Positions 11,804 to 24,028 of a stretch of 64,000 nucleotides of DNA are shown piece after piece (position 1 is the first letter of the stretch; the number at the start of each line of letters is the position of its first letter). The notes beneath the pieces are model-generated. The model worked only from the letters and a program-made list of their open reading frames with translations. It did no database searches and was not told the DNA's origin. The position numbers and the translations under genes are program-made. The stretch spans positions 53,629,990-53,693,989 of the forward strand of contig NC_052162.1 of assembly GCF_902713615.1 (NCBI RefSeq). The letters are read 5' to 3'. This stretch comes from Scyliorhinus canicula. Lineage: Eukaryota.

Positions 11804-12143
11804 GGGGCAGCACGGTAGCATGGTGGTTAGCATAAATGCTTCACAGCTCCAGGGTCCCAGGTTCGATTCCCGGCTGGGTCACTGTCTGTGCGGAGTCCGC
11901 ACGTCCTCCCCGTGTGTGCGTGGGTTTCCTCCGGGTGCTCCGGTTTCCTCCCACAGTCCAAAGATGTGCGGGTTAGGTGGATTGGCCGTGCTAAATTGCC
12001 CGTAGTGTCCTAAAAAGTAAGGTTAAGCGGGAGGGGGTTGTTGGGTTACGGGTATGGGTTGAAACGTGGGTTTGAGTAGGGTGATCATGGCTTGGCACAA
12101 CATCGAGGGCCGAAGGGCCTGTTCTGTGCTGTACTGTTCTATG
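11804..12143 (+). mobile_element. HE1-like V-SINE, full length (tail type A)
   Basis: Intact head and V-domain; tail GAGGGCCGAAGGGCCTGTTCTGTGCTGTACTGTTCTATG matches the CR1 LINE 3' end at ~575-632. Confidence 0.92.
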
Positions 12144-13109
12144 TACCTTTAGAAGTACATAATGTGAACCGCAGTGAATTCGATGAGATGCGTAGGTGCT
12201 GAAGCTGGCTTATTAGAAGGTCCGTCTTCGTCCAATATAGCAGGCCAGCCCCAACACCATTAAGCCTTCTCACACTTAACACACACATACTCTGACTATA
12301 CAATCGTATCTGCCACAAATAAAACCACCAAAGTAATGATAGTAAAAGCATAACACAGAAATGACCACGGTAACAGAAATACGTATCTTACATCTGATGA
12401 CTCACTCTAGACACTATGCGGTTAAACTATACACTTGTGCTATACATTCTGCCTGTGTGGTCCATATTAGTGGATCATGCCTGGCATGGTAACTTCATGG
12501 CTTAAAGAAACAAAACGAATCCTCTTGATGTCAGCTGTGGGGGACAGATAGTCCCAGTGCACTAGAGCAAGGTTATCCGAGGATGGTAGGTCTCGTCTAG
12601 GTGACTTGTCTTTCTTTTGGGGCGTGCTTCGAGAGTGCCGCTCATGCATGTCCTGGTCAGGTGTGCGCCTGAATTAGGCTGAGCCCTGTACATGAGAAGG
12701 TGGAATTCACACTCTGTAGTGCCTCGATCCAGAGTCCTATCTCCATTCCTAGTTCCTCCTTCCAAACTTCTTGTGTCTCATCCAGCGGGGCCCTTATCTC
12801 TTCTCACGTTCGTCTGTCGACAGATTTACCATCCCCTAACCCGTCCATCACTAACAGTCTGTCCAGTAGGGTGTGCCCGGGTAATTGGGGGGAACATTGC
12901 GGTCTCATGCGGAGGAAATACCGCAGTTGTAAGTATTGGAGCTTGTTCCATTACGGTAGCTGGAGCTTCTCTGTTAGTTCCTCCATGGACGCTATTCTAC
13001 CATCTACGGACACGTCTCTTGTTGCCAGCACCCCATCATTATTTCTCCACGGTTTGTCAGCATCTATTTTCCCTGGGATGAATCTATGGTTTCTGCAGGT
13101 GGGGGCCGC

Positions 13110-16100
13110 AGCAGACATGTCACAAGTTTGAATGGTGTCTGAACTAGTTCCAGGTACTTAGTTTGGCTATCAACACTGATCTGGTGTACTTGGCAGGGGG
13201 GAATGGGAGTGAGGCAGCGGCAAGTGCTCAGAGGGATGTTCCAAATACAGGAAGTCTCCTCCATCTGCAGCCATTCTGCCTCTGGTTCTGCCAGCCACCC
13301 CCCACTCTTTCTGCATTTGCTGCCCAGTGATTGAATAGAAGGTTCAGCAGAGCCAAGCCTCCCATGCTCCGCCTTCTCTGTAGGATGCTTTCGCGGATCC
13401 TGAGGTTCTTACCAGCCCACACAAATGCCATGATTACCTTAAAGACGTTGGTGAAGAAGGCTTTGCGGATAAAGATCGGGAAAGATGTGAATATGAAGAA
13501 GAACCTTGATTGCACTTTCATTTTTATTGTCTGCAGCTTCCTGCTAGGGAGAACGGGAGTGTGTTCTACCTCCTCAGGTCTCTCTTTACCTCCTCCACTA
13601 TCTAGACAGGTGCCACTTATGGACTATCTGGATCCCCAGGTATCGGAACTTGGTTTGGGCTGTTCCCATTTCTGCTTCTCCCCACTCGGGCTTCACCAGG
13701 AAGATTTCATTCTTGCTCATGTTAAGATAGTGTCCCAAAAAAGCTCCAAACTCCCTCAGGAATTTCATTTTCTATCCCTTGGTGGCTGGGGGTTTGGAAC
13801 ATAGAGGAGCAGGTCATCCACATAGAGTAAGACTCTGTGCTCTCTGCCTCTCCTCTGGATGCCTCTCCACCCCTTTGCTGAACTGAGCATGATAGTGGCT
13901 TGAATGGCAGGGCGAACAGCAGCGGGGACAATGGGCATTCCTGCCTTGTGCTTCTGTGCAGCCAAAAGGATCCTGTGTTGGTGGTGTTCATCAATACGCT
14001 CGCCATGGGAACACTGTATCGGAGTTTCACCTATGTGGTAAACCCTGGCCCAAACCCAAACTATGCCAGTACCTCCACGAGGTACCTCCATTTGACTCTT
14101 TCGAAACCTTCTCTGCGTCCAGGGAGATGATCAGTTCTGGTGTCTCCTCCACGGGTGAGGTCATGATCACGTTCAGTAGGCGTCTAATGTTCGTCATTAG
14201 CTGTCTACCTTTGACCCCCGTCTGATCTTCTGCGATTACTTTTGGCAAGCAACTCTCCAGTCACCTCGCCAGAGCCTTTGCCAGGACTTTGGCGCCAGTG
14301 TTCAGGAGCGAAATGGATTTGTAAGACTCACACTCCTTTGGGTCCTTGTCCTTTTTAGGGATCAATGATATTGAAGCCTGTGCCAACATGGGCAGCAAGG
14401 CCTCTCTTGACAGCAAGTTGTTGAACATCTCCAACAGATATGGGGCCAGTGCTGCTGGAAACTTTTTATTTGGCGGCACGGTAGCACAGTGGATAGCACT
14501 CTTGCTTCACAGTGCCAGAGTCCAAGGTTCGATTCCCAGCTTGGGTCACTATCTGTACGGAGTCTGCACTTTCTCCCAGTGCCTGTGCGGGTTTCCTCCG
14601 GGTGCTCCGGTTTCCTCCCACAAGTCCTGAAAGACATACTTGTTAGGTGAATTGTACATTCTGAATTCTCCCTTAGTGTACCTGAACAGATGCCGGAGTG
14701 TGGCGACTAGGGACTTTTCATCTTAACTTCATTGCAGTGGCTAAAGTAAGCATACGTGTGACACAAATAAAGATCATTATTATTATTAGAAGTCCACCAG
14801 GAACCCATCTCATCCCGGTGCCTTCCCTGACCCCTGACTGCATGGGCTGCACTCCATGACCTCCTCCAGTCCTAACGGCGCTTCCAGTTCTCTTTTCCTC
14901 CCCACTGCTGGTATGTCCAGCCTGCCCAGGAACTGTTTCATCTTCGAGCCCCTGGGATGTACAGTTCCCGGTAAAAGTTGCAAAGACCCTGTTGATCTCA
15001 TCTGACACTGTGACCCTCTTACCGTTCCCGTCCCTCACCTGTGCTGTCTCCTCATGGCTGCCTGCTTCCTCAGCTGGTGTACCAGTAAGCAGCTGGCTTT
15101 GTCTCCATGCTCATAAACGGTTTCTTGTGTCTGGCAGAGGTGGTTCACTGCTTCTCCCGTGGAGAGCAGGTCAAATTCCAATTGGAGTTTTTTGCTCTCT
15201 GCGAACACTTCCAATATGGAGTTGATCTGTTGTTGCCTGGCACCCTTTCGTAGGTGTCCCTGAGGGTCCAATACACTATTATTTCCCCCTTTATCACCAC
15301 CTTCAGTGCCTCCCAGAATGTGGAGGGTGAGACCTCCCTATTTTGATTGCAGGTTACATTCCCGTCGATGGCTCGTGACTTTTTTGTGCGTTGTTGGCCA
15401 GAAGGGTTGTGTCCAGCCTCCAAGAGGAGTGTTGGGCTGACCCGTCTTCAACCTCAACTCCATGTAGTGTGGCACATGGTCAGAGATAACTAACGCAGAG
15501 CATTCCACCCCAACCACCCTTGGAAGCACCGACTTACCCAAGACAAAGAAGGCGATGCCTTCTGGAGTAGGCTTTCTGGACAGAGGAGAAGAAGGAGAAG
15601 TCCTTCTCCCTCAGGTGGTTGAACCTCCATGGGTCATTGCCACCACCTGCTCCGTGAAGGTGTTTAGTTCTCTTGCCATTCCTGATTTTCCCCCCATTTG
15701 GGGCTGGACCTGTCTGCCACTGGGTTCTGCACACAGTTGAAGTCTCCCCTTATGATTAGTTGTTGGGAGTCGAGGTCAGCGACCGCTGCAGTGGTTTCTT
15801 TAATGAACTCGGCGGCATCCCAGTTTGGAGCGTGTATATTTACAAGTACCACAGGGACCCCCTCTATGGTCCCGCTAACCATTATGTATCTTCCTAATGG
15901 TTGTGTCACCTTGTTCAGTGATGTAAAGGTTGTACATTTGTTAAACAGTATGGCCAATCCCATTTCCCTTGTGTTGAGGCACGTCTTAGATGTCTGTCCC
16001 ACCCAGCTTTTCCTGATCCTCAGCCGGTCCTGCTGTCATGAATGCATCTCCTGAAGGAAGACGATGTTGACCCTGAAGCTTTTGAGATGGATGAAGACTC

Positions 16101-16280
16101 TGCATCTTTTCACTGATCCGTTAAGAGTCCCGTCACATTTCAGATGACTATTCTGATGGGGGATTTCTGTCCACCCACTCCTGTGGGGTCAGCCATACAT
16201 ACCTCGTGGATGTGCCACTGTACGGCAGGGTTTCACTTTGTTCATGGGCCATCCAAGATGGCCTTCATCACCTTCCTCTT
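13110..16280 (-). mobile_element. Degraded L1/Tx1-like LINE ORF2 (APE endonuclease plus RT), interrupted by a SINE
   Basis: Minus-strand fragments VLVNIHAPNWD, IRGDFNC, ISDH, GKAPG, YKSISLLNTGAK, ISLDAEK, TRQECPLSPLLF and LLYVDDLLL; many frameshifts. Confidence 0.9.
14472..14787 (+). mobile_element. V-SINE with tail type C, inserted in the L1
   Basis: GGCGGCACGGTAGCACAGTGG head, V-domain, tail ending AATAAAGATCATTATTATTATT. Confidence 0.88.
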
Positions 16281-16630
16281 TCCAACAATTTGCACTTTTC
16301 TTTCAGAATTTTCCCAACTTCTCAGCAGCCAATGGTCATGATCTTTCGAAGGAGGTGCATTTTTTCATGGCCTGCAAAAACAAAACCAACAGAAGGAAGT
16401 TGATTTTTTCATTGGGACTCGCAAAGGGGAACCTGACCTCGGAAGAGGTGTGTGCATTTTCCACCCAAGGCCTTCCTGACCTACCAAAAGGTCACAGGCA
16501 AATGGGTGGGAAAGGCTCAGGAAAATTGCTTTTCCAGGAAAAAAACCCGAGTTCAGCATTTCACAACTGAATTCACACCTCGACAGGGAAATGAAAATCC
16601 AGGCCAATGTCTTTTACTTGCAATTGATAG

Positions 16631-17252
16631 TGTTAAAGGCCAGGGTTTAGAGAACCCCAAAGTGTATCATGGCGTTCACCTGACCCATAACTTTTAATAT
16701 ATTGTGGTATGGGAGCACACGGCCCACTCTACAGGTGTGGTACAGCAGAAATGGAAACGTATTTTTTGAAGCAAAACAATGTTTATTCTGTGAACTCAAG
16801 TGAACCTTTTTGAAACATACCGTGAACATCTTAGCAACCATCAATTCAAATACAACCCCCAAAGAATATAACACTAAGTAATCCATAAACTGTCCTTTTA
16901 ACATCCAGAAGAATTAAGAAACACCTTTAATCAGAAGCACATTAGGTTTAAATCACTACTGTTATTAGTTTTAATTCACCAGGATCGATTTACAGTCTTT
17001 AGATTACAGAGAGAGATTCATACACCTTCTGGCTGTGACTGCAGCTATCCAGCTCTGAAAACGAAACTGAAACACACCCGGCAGCAAACAGCCTAAAACG
17101 AAAGTAAAAAGCTGACAGACAGCCCAGCTCCACCCAGTCTCTGACATCACTGCAGTAATAAACACCCATTTCTTAAAGGTACTCTCACTATAGATATTTA
17201 TATACATACCCATTTATAAACACCCATTTCTTAAAGGTATGCTCACATGACA
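16631..17252 (-). repeat. 3' LTR of the Gmr1-like element
   Basis: TGTTAAAGGCC...CACATGACA; carries an internal duplication of ATAAACACCCATTTCTTAAAGGTA. Confidence 0.93.
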
Positions 17253-17610
17253 CCTCCCACCAAGAAAAAAAAGTAAACCATCAAGATGGTTCCATTTTAC
17301 ACCTTTTCACTATCCTTTAAGAAATGCACACAGTAAATATACTTTATTGTTTCAAAAAACAACACTTGCAAACAGGAGTAATAATATAGTCCATTTTTTT
17401 TCTTCTTCCTCCAACTGAAATCCTTCCCGATTGACAGTCTCTTTGAACAAAAAGGTCCTTGCACAATCCGTCCATTTCTCTACGCCTCGGCATTTTTAAA
17501 GTCAGATACTTTAGTTCAATCTGATCAAAAAGTCCCTTGTAATTCTCCAACACAGGAGCATTGGTTATCACAGCTCTCAGGCAGTCAAATGCCTGTTGAA
17601 AGTCCGCTAT

Positions 17611-18455
17611 CTACTGAAATGTTCGACGTTTCTTCAGCACGTCCATCAGTGGAGCAACCACGCTACAAAACCTTTCCACAAATGTTTGATCAAATCCACT
17701 CATGACAAGAAATCGCATTATTTCCCTTCGTCTTGAGGGCATCGGAAACTCCTCAATAACTGTCGGTTTCACATCCCGTGTGAGCAATCGACCCTGTCCA
17801 TTTGTATGGCCAAGGAAAGTGATTTGGGCTTTTCCAAATTCATTTTTGCTAGGTTTATCACCAAATCCCCCTCCTGAAGTCGATCGAATAACTCCATCAG
17901 ATGTTTTAAATGTTCTTTCCATGTCTGGCTGAAAATAACCAGATCGTCAATGTATACCGCACAATTGGGTAATCCTGAAACGACTTTGTTAGTTAATCGT
18001 TGAAATATGGCTGGAGCTTTTTTCATGCCAAATAGCATAACTTTGAATTGGTACATACCATCTGGAGTCACAAAAGCTGAAATCTCCTTCGCCCTTTCGG
18101 GTAAAGGTATCTGCCAGTAACCTTTAAGTAAATCCAGTTTAGAAATAAAAGCTGATTGTCCCACTTTCTCAATGCAATCCTCCAAAAGTGGGATAGGATA
18201 AGAGCCCAGTCTTGTAACTGCATTAATCTTTCTATAGTCCACATACAACCGATGGGTCCTGTCTGGTTTAGGTACCATCATTTTGGGTGAGCTCCATTGG
18301 CTGCAACCCACTTCAATTATGCCATTTTTAAGCATACTGTCAATCTCTTTGTTAACCTGTGCCAATTTTAAAGGGTAAAGTCCATATGGATGTTGTTTGA
18401 TTGGATCAGCCATTCCCACATCTACATCATGTATAGCCATTTTAGTACTTCCCAA
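17611..18455 (-). pseudogene. Reverse transcriptase remnant of the Gmr1-like element (RNase H largely missing)
   Basis: ORFs 17769..18455 and 17611..17922: SQWSSP, VDYRKINAVT, LDLLKGYWQ, FGMKKAPAIFQR, YIDDLVIFS, ITFLGH. Confidence 0.92.
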
Positions 18456-18828
18456 TTTATGTCCACAAACTTGCCCACGTGATATCTTTCAAGTCAGTTC
18501 GTTCTTCCTCTGGAAGGTAACTCAACAATTTAGCTCAATTTTTAAGAACATCCTCGTTTTCCAATTTAATTTGAGGCATGTCAAATTCACAGTCATCTGG
18601 ATTTGGTTCGTCTATTTGAGTTAGATTCATTAAAACCCCTCCTTTTTCTCTCCTTCCCTTTCAAAGTACCTTTTAAGCATATTCACATGACACACTTGGT
18701 GAGTCTTCCTTCTATCTGGTGTATTAAACCACATAATTCACCTCACTTAATTTCCATTCAATCTGATAAGGTCCACAAAACCTAGCTTTTAAAGGTTCAC
18801 CTACCACTGGTAACAATACTAAAACTTT

Positions 18829-19461
18829 GGGCGGAATTCTCCGACCCCCCGCAGGGTCGGGGAATCGCCCGGGACCGGCGTAAATCCCGTACCCACCGTG
18901 GCTGGAATTCTCCGCCACCCGGAATCGGCGGGAGCGGGAATCGCGCCCCGCCGATCGGCGGGCCCCCCGCGGCGATTCTCCGGCCCATGTTGGGCCGAAG
19001 TCCTGCCGCTGACAGGCCTCTCCCGCCGACATAGTTTAAACCACATCTGTGCCGGCGGGAGCAGGCGGCGCGAGCGAGCCCCGGGGTCCTGGGGGGAACG
19101 CGGGGCAATCAGACCCCGGGGGTGCCCCCACGGTGGCCTGGCCCGTGATCAGGGCCCACCGATCGGCGGACAGGCCAGTGCCGTGGGGGCACTCTTTTTC
19201 TTCCGTGGTCGCCACGGCCTCCACCATGGCGGATGTGGAAGAGACCCCCTCCACCGCACATGCGCCTGTGGTGACGTCAGCAGCCGCTAATGCTACCGGC
19301 GCATGCGCGGACTCACGCCAACCAGCGAAGGCCTTTCAGCCAGCCCTGGCGCCAGGCAGCATGGTGCCAAAGGCAGTCGGGGGAGCGGGAGCCACTCCGG
19401 CGCGGGCCTAGCCCCTAGCCCCGGCACCCCCCGCCCCGCCGGGTAGGGGAGAACTTTGCCC
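18829..19461. mobile_element. GC-rich Harbinger-type MITE (633 bp) inserted in the Gypsy pol, TSD TTT
   Basis: TIRs GGGCGGAATTCTCC / GGAGAACTTTGCCC; TTT at 18826-18828 and 19462-19464. Excision restores VRSFASGDK-VLVLLPVVGEPLKARF on the minus strand. Confidence 0.93.
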
Positions 19462-19549
19462 TTTATCTCCACTGGCAAAACTACGAACTTTGGATTTCTT
19501 GTCCGCGGACCCGTTTCATCACATTTTGCGCAACTTTCAAATGTTGTCT

Positions 19550-20330
19550 AGCCAATTCACCTGCTCGATTTAATCATTCCCTAAAATTTGACACGTAACC
19601 CAATAATGTAATTTCCGATTTCTCACTCGCCAATTTTTCCTGAATCAATTTAAGTGGTCCTCTTACCTCATGACCAAAAAATTAGTTCAAAAGGACTAAA
19701 TTTGGTTGACTCATTCGATGCACCCCTAATTGCAAACAGTACGAATGGAATTCCTTTATTCCAATCCTCTGGATAATCTTGACAATAAGCCCTCAACATT
19801 TTCTTTAATGTCTGATGCCACCTTTTTAATGCTCCCTGTGATTCTGGATGGTATGCAGTTGATTTAAATTGTTTTATTCCTAAGCTATCCATAACTTCTT
19901 TGAATAACCTTGAGGTAAAATTTGATCCTTGATCCGATTGTATTTCTGTGGGTAGTCCATATATCTAGTAAAGAATTTAAGTAACTCCTCCACAATCTTT
20001 TTAGCTGTAATATTACGTACTGGAATGGCCTCTGGAAACCTAGTAGACACATCCATTATAGTGAAAAGATATTGATTCCCACTTTTTGTTTCAGGAAGCA
20101 GTCCGACGCAATCAATTAGGACCATTGTAAAAGGTTCCTCAAATGCTGGAATGGGAATTAAGGGCACTGGTTTTATCACTGCTTGAGGTTTCCCTATCAC
20201 TTGACATGTGTGAAATGATTGACAAAATTTAACGACATCTTTATGTAGTCCAGGCCAATAAAAATGGTTCTGGACTTTAGCTTGAGTTTTCCTTATTCCC
20301 AAATGACCTCCTATTGGTACCTTATGTGCA
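19550..20330 (-). pseudogene. Integrase remnant located upstream of RT
   Basis: ORFs 19880..20302 and 19668..19892: zinc-binding region (HFYWPGL..CQSFHTCQ) and rve core (IDCVG, AYHPESQGALKRWHQTLK, FSPFELIF). Confidence 0.92.
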
Positions 20331-22517
20331 ACTCACAATACCCTACCGGTAATACGACTTGATGAACTTCTGCCCACTTTTCATCCGCCTGCATTTTCTC
20401 ATCAAGACATTACTTTTACGGTAATACACTGGTATACACTCAGATTCCTCTTCCTGTTTTGTACATGCTTTCTGATACATCCATTTTATTTCTACATCTT
20501 TCTGTTGTAACTCCATCAATTTTCCTGAATTATAAAATCCGCCTCATCCTGCACCTGTTCTTTTTCTTTTTCAACCATCTGATCAAAAATTGTTTCTGAT
20601 AATTGCACTTCAACTTCATCTTCACTCTCTGATTTCTCCTCTTGTCTTAACCTGTGACTTTGCTACCTTGTTACTACACAATCTGGAAAAATGCCAGAAT
20701 ATTCGTCCTTCAACACTTCAGTTGTCTGATTTTCCACTGGCTTATCAAGTACAGTAGGCATCAGTCCCACCTGCGATCCAGCTATATCATTACCTAAGAT
20801 AAACTGTATTCCTGGACAACATAGTTTCTCTATTACTCCTACTACCACTTCACCACTATTCACTGGACTTTCCAACCTTACCTTATATAATGAAACACTA
20901 CTTCTTTCACCCTGAATTCCACCTATTACCACCTTTTTTGGCAACATTCTTGCCAAACTACATAACTCCTCATCTCTTACCATTAAAGATTGACTAGCTC
21001 CCGGATCTCTTAAAATTATGACTTCTTTACCTGCTCCTCCTGATACACATGAGTAAACTTTACCCACACAAGTAAATTCTTTAAAGAGATCTGACCCCTT
21101 CTTATCAATCACCTCTTTATCAGGCTGTACAACCTTTTTCACCTCCTTCGCTTCACATGGGCTTTCCTTTACCACTTTAACAAACCCCACTGTCTTATCC
21201 TGTTTTACCACATCAGCCTTTCCAGTGCTTTTCTTCAACCACCAACAGTGACTTTACATGGCCTAGTTTATTACAGTGAAAACATTTGAAACTTTTCATT
21301 TATTTTCTACCCTCCTGGATTTCTTTTTTAATCTGAGGTAATCTCCTTATTATCTCCCATCAGATCACCTTTACCTTTACCTCTTGAGTATTCCTCATGT
21401 CCCCAGTTTCTATCCCTCACATGCTGAAACTGAAGTCGGAAACCAAGCTTTGATTTATGAACTAATTCATAATCATCTGCCATTTCTGCTGCTAATCTCG
21501 CAGTTTTAACCCTCTGCTCTTCCACATGAGTTATCACTGCATCAGGAATTGAATTTTTAAACTCCTCCAAAAATATAATTTCTCTGAGAGCTTCATATGT
21601 TTGGTCTATTTTCAAAGCCCTCATCACCTATCAAAATTACTCTGTTTGATCCTTTCAAACTCCATGTATGTTTGACCAAATTATTTTCTTAAATTTCTAA
21701 ACCTTTGCCTGTAGGCTTCAGGCACTAGTTCATATGCACCTAAGATGGATTTTTTCACCTCCTCATATGACCCAGATACCTCCTCCGGTAGTGATGCAAA
21801 CAAGTCCTACCTATCAGCTTTGTTTCAATCAGTAATACCCACATGTCCTGTGGCCATTTCATTTGTTTAGCCACCTTCTCAAATGAAATGAAAAAGGCTT
21901 CTATATCCTTTGCAATACTTTGACATATTTAAATAGATCCCCACCAAGCCTTCGACTATGACAATCCTTCTCACTATCCTCATCACTATCTTCCAACTAT
22001 CATTTTAACTGACTGTCCTGTTTCATGGCCATTTTCTGAAGTTCAAACTCTCTCTCTTTATCTTTTTCCCTGATCTGTATCTCCCTTTCTCTTTATTTTT
22101 CTTCTCTATCTCTTTCGTATTAAAGCTGCTTTAATTCTTTCTCATGTTCCATTTGTTTAAGTTATAACTGAATTTTTGCCATTTCCAATGAGTAAAACTA
22201 TATCTCAGGCAACTTTAAATGCTTAGCCGCCACTATAATTACCTCACCTTTTCGCATTTTGTCAGGTAATGTTAACTGCAATGTTTTTGCCAAATGTAAC
22301 AGTCTGCTTTTAGTCTCTGTCCGTAAGGTACTGCGTGTGACCGTCTCCACCCCCAAAATCTTCTGAGCCTCTGAACGAGCTCTTGTCCACAACACAACCC
22401 TACTTAAACTAGAATACCATACCTGAAAAGCAACCACAATATGCTCACCCCTCACTGTCTTTAAGTTCACTAAACCAATCCAGTAGATAGACTTTTATTC
22501 CCCCTGAGCCCCCAATT

Positions 22518-23136
22518 TGTTATGGGCCAGGGTTTAGAGAACCCCAAGTGTATCATGGAGTTCACCTGACCCACAACTTTTAATAGATTGTGGTATGGTG
22601 AGCACACGGCCCACTCTGCAGGTGTGGTAGACAAAAATTGCTAAGTATTTTTTAAAGCAAAACAATGTTTATTCAATGAACTCAAGTTACCTCTTTGAAA
22701 CATACAATGAACATTTTAGCAACCATCAATTCAAATACAACCTCCAAAGAATACAACACTAAGAAATCCGTCAGCTGTCCTTTTAACATCCAGAAGACTT
22801 AAGAAACACCTTTAAACAGATGCACATCAGGTTAAATCACTACTGTTATTAGTTTTAAATCACTAGGATCAATTTACAGTCTTTAGATTACAGAGAGAAA
22901 TTCATACACCTTCTGGCTGTGACTGCAGCTATTCAACTCTGAAAATGAAACAAAAACACACCCTGCAGCAGACAGCCTAAAACAAATGTAAAAAGCTGAC
23001 AGACAGCCCAGCTCCACCCACACTCTGACATCACTGCAGTAATAAATACCCATTTCTTAAAGTTACTCTCACTACAGATATTTATATACATACCCATTTA
23101 TAAACACCCATTTCTTAAAGGTACTCTCACATGACA
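22518..23136 (-). repeat. 5' LTR of the Gmr1-like element
   Basis: TGTTATGGGCC...CACATGACA; homologous to 16631-17252 with scattered substitutions. Confidence 0.93.
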
Positions 23137-23609
23137 ATAGCTAATTATGATTAATATTTCTTCCTTCTCACTGACTCTCTCACTGTGCAGCAATTGTAGC
23201 CCAGAAATAGAACATCTAAAACATTGGTAAACCAGCAATACTTATATCTTCTCTTAAAGTTCCTGTTGGATTAATCTTATTGTATGTTCACGATCTCTTG
23301 TGGTTTTTCCCACAATTGGAAACAATGTCCGGAGTTCTCTGGCCATTCACATTCTCTTTTCCCGCTTGCACCCGGCCCGTGGGTTTCCCCGTGGCGTGGG
23401 GTGGCTTCAATGGGAAATCCCATTGACAAGCGGCGGGAAGATAGAATCCCGCCATCAGCAAATGGCGCACCCCTGAGAAGGACACGGCTTGGGGACTAGG
23501 GAATGCCGCCCAGTTTCTCTATGTCCACCTGACCATGATCCCAAAGACCTCTTCAGACTTCTAACATAAAACTAAATACCTGGCTGCAATTAGTTAACTT
23601 AGTAATGCA

Positions 23610-23787
23610 GGGGCAACACAGTGGCGCAGTGGGTTAGCCCTGCTGCCTCACGGCGCCGAGGTCCCATTTCGACGAGCGTGGGTTTCGGCCCCACAACCCA
23701 AAGATGTGCAGGATAGGTGGATTGGCCATGCTAATTTGTCCCTTAATTGGAACAAAATGAATGAATTGGGTACTCTAAATTTTAAAA
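23610..23787 (+). mobile_element. Internally deleted V-SINE with A-rich tail and 14-bp TSD
   Basis: Head GGGGCAACACAGTGGCGCAGTGGGTTAGC; V-domain 3' part; tail ...CTCTAAATTTTAAAAAA; AACTTAGTAATGCA at 23596-23609 and 23788-23801. Confidence 0.85.
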
Positions 23788-24028
23788 AACTTAGTAATGC
23801 AAAGTTTCCATAGCACATGGTTCACCTGTTAACTACTACTATCATGTTTTGATTCACTATAATTTAGCAAATTATTTCTTAAATTGTTAGCCCTATCTGG
23901 TGGTGAAAGATCAGTATTACAATTATTAATTGATCACCTATCTGAAAGAAAATTCGAAGTTATTTGTAAATTGAATCAGCCAAAATAATCTGGAAGTCAT
24001 TGCTTTTCTTCTTCGTCAATTATTTTAG

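Larger units (their letters stand above)
16631..23136 (-). mobile_element. Full-length Gmr1-type Ty3/Gypsy LTR retrotransposon (gag-PR-IN-RT order), defective; TSD ATAG
   Basis: Direct LTRs 16631-17252 and 22518-23136 (TG...CA); ATAG at 16627-16630 and 23137-23140. PBS TGGGGGCTC (tRNA-Pro-like) next to the 5' LTR at ~22506-22514; PPT-like TGGTGGGAGG next to the 3' LTR. Minus strand: gag (LREIIFLEEFKNSIP; KCFHCNKLGH knuckle), protease (LRDPGASQS), integrase (HLGIRKT..C..C; DCVG; AYHPESQG), then RT (LDLLKGYWQ; YIDD). Confidence 0.95.

Noticed and set aside
11804-11880. tRNA-like A/B boxes as tRNA genes
   Set aside because: These are SINE heads followed by the V-domain and a LINE-like tail.
12150-13110. 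Possible LTR/internal remnant or gene (ORFs 12692..13081, 12700..13131)
   Set aside because: No recognisable motif, splice structure or TSD that I could verify.
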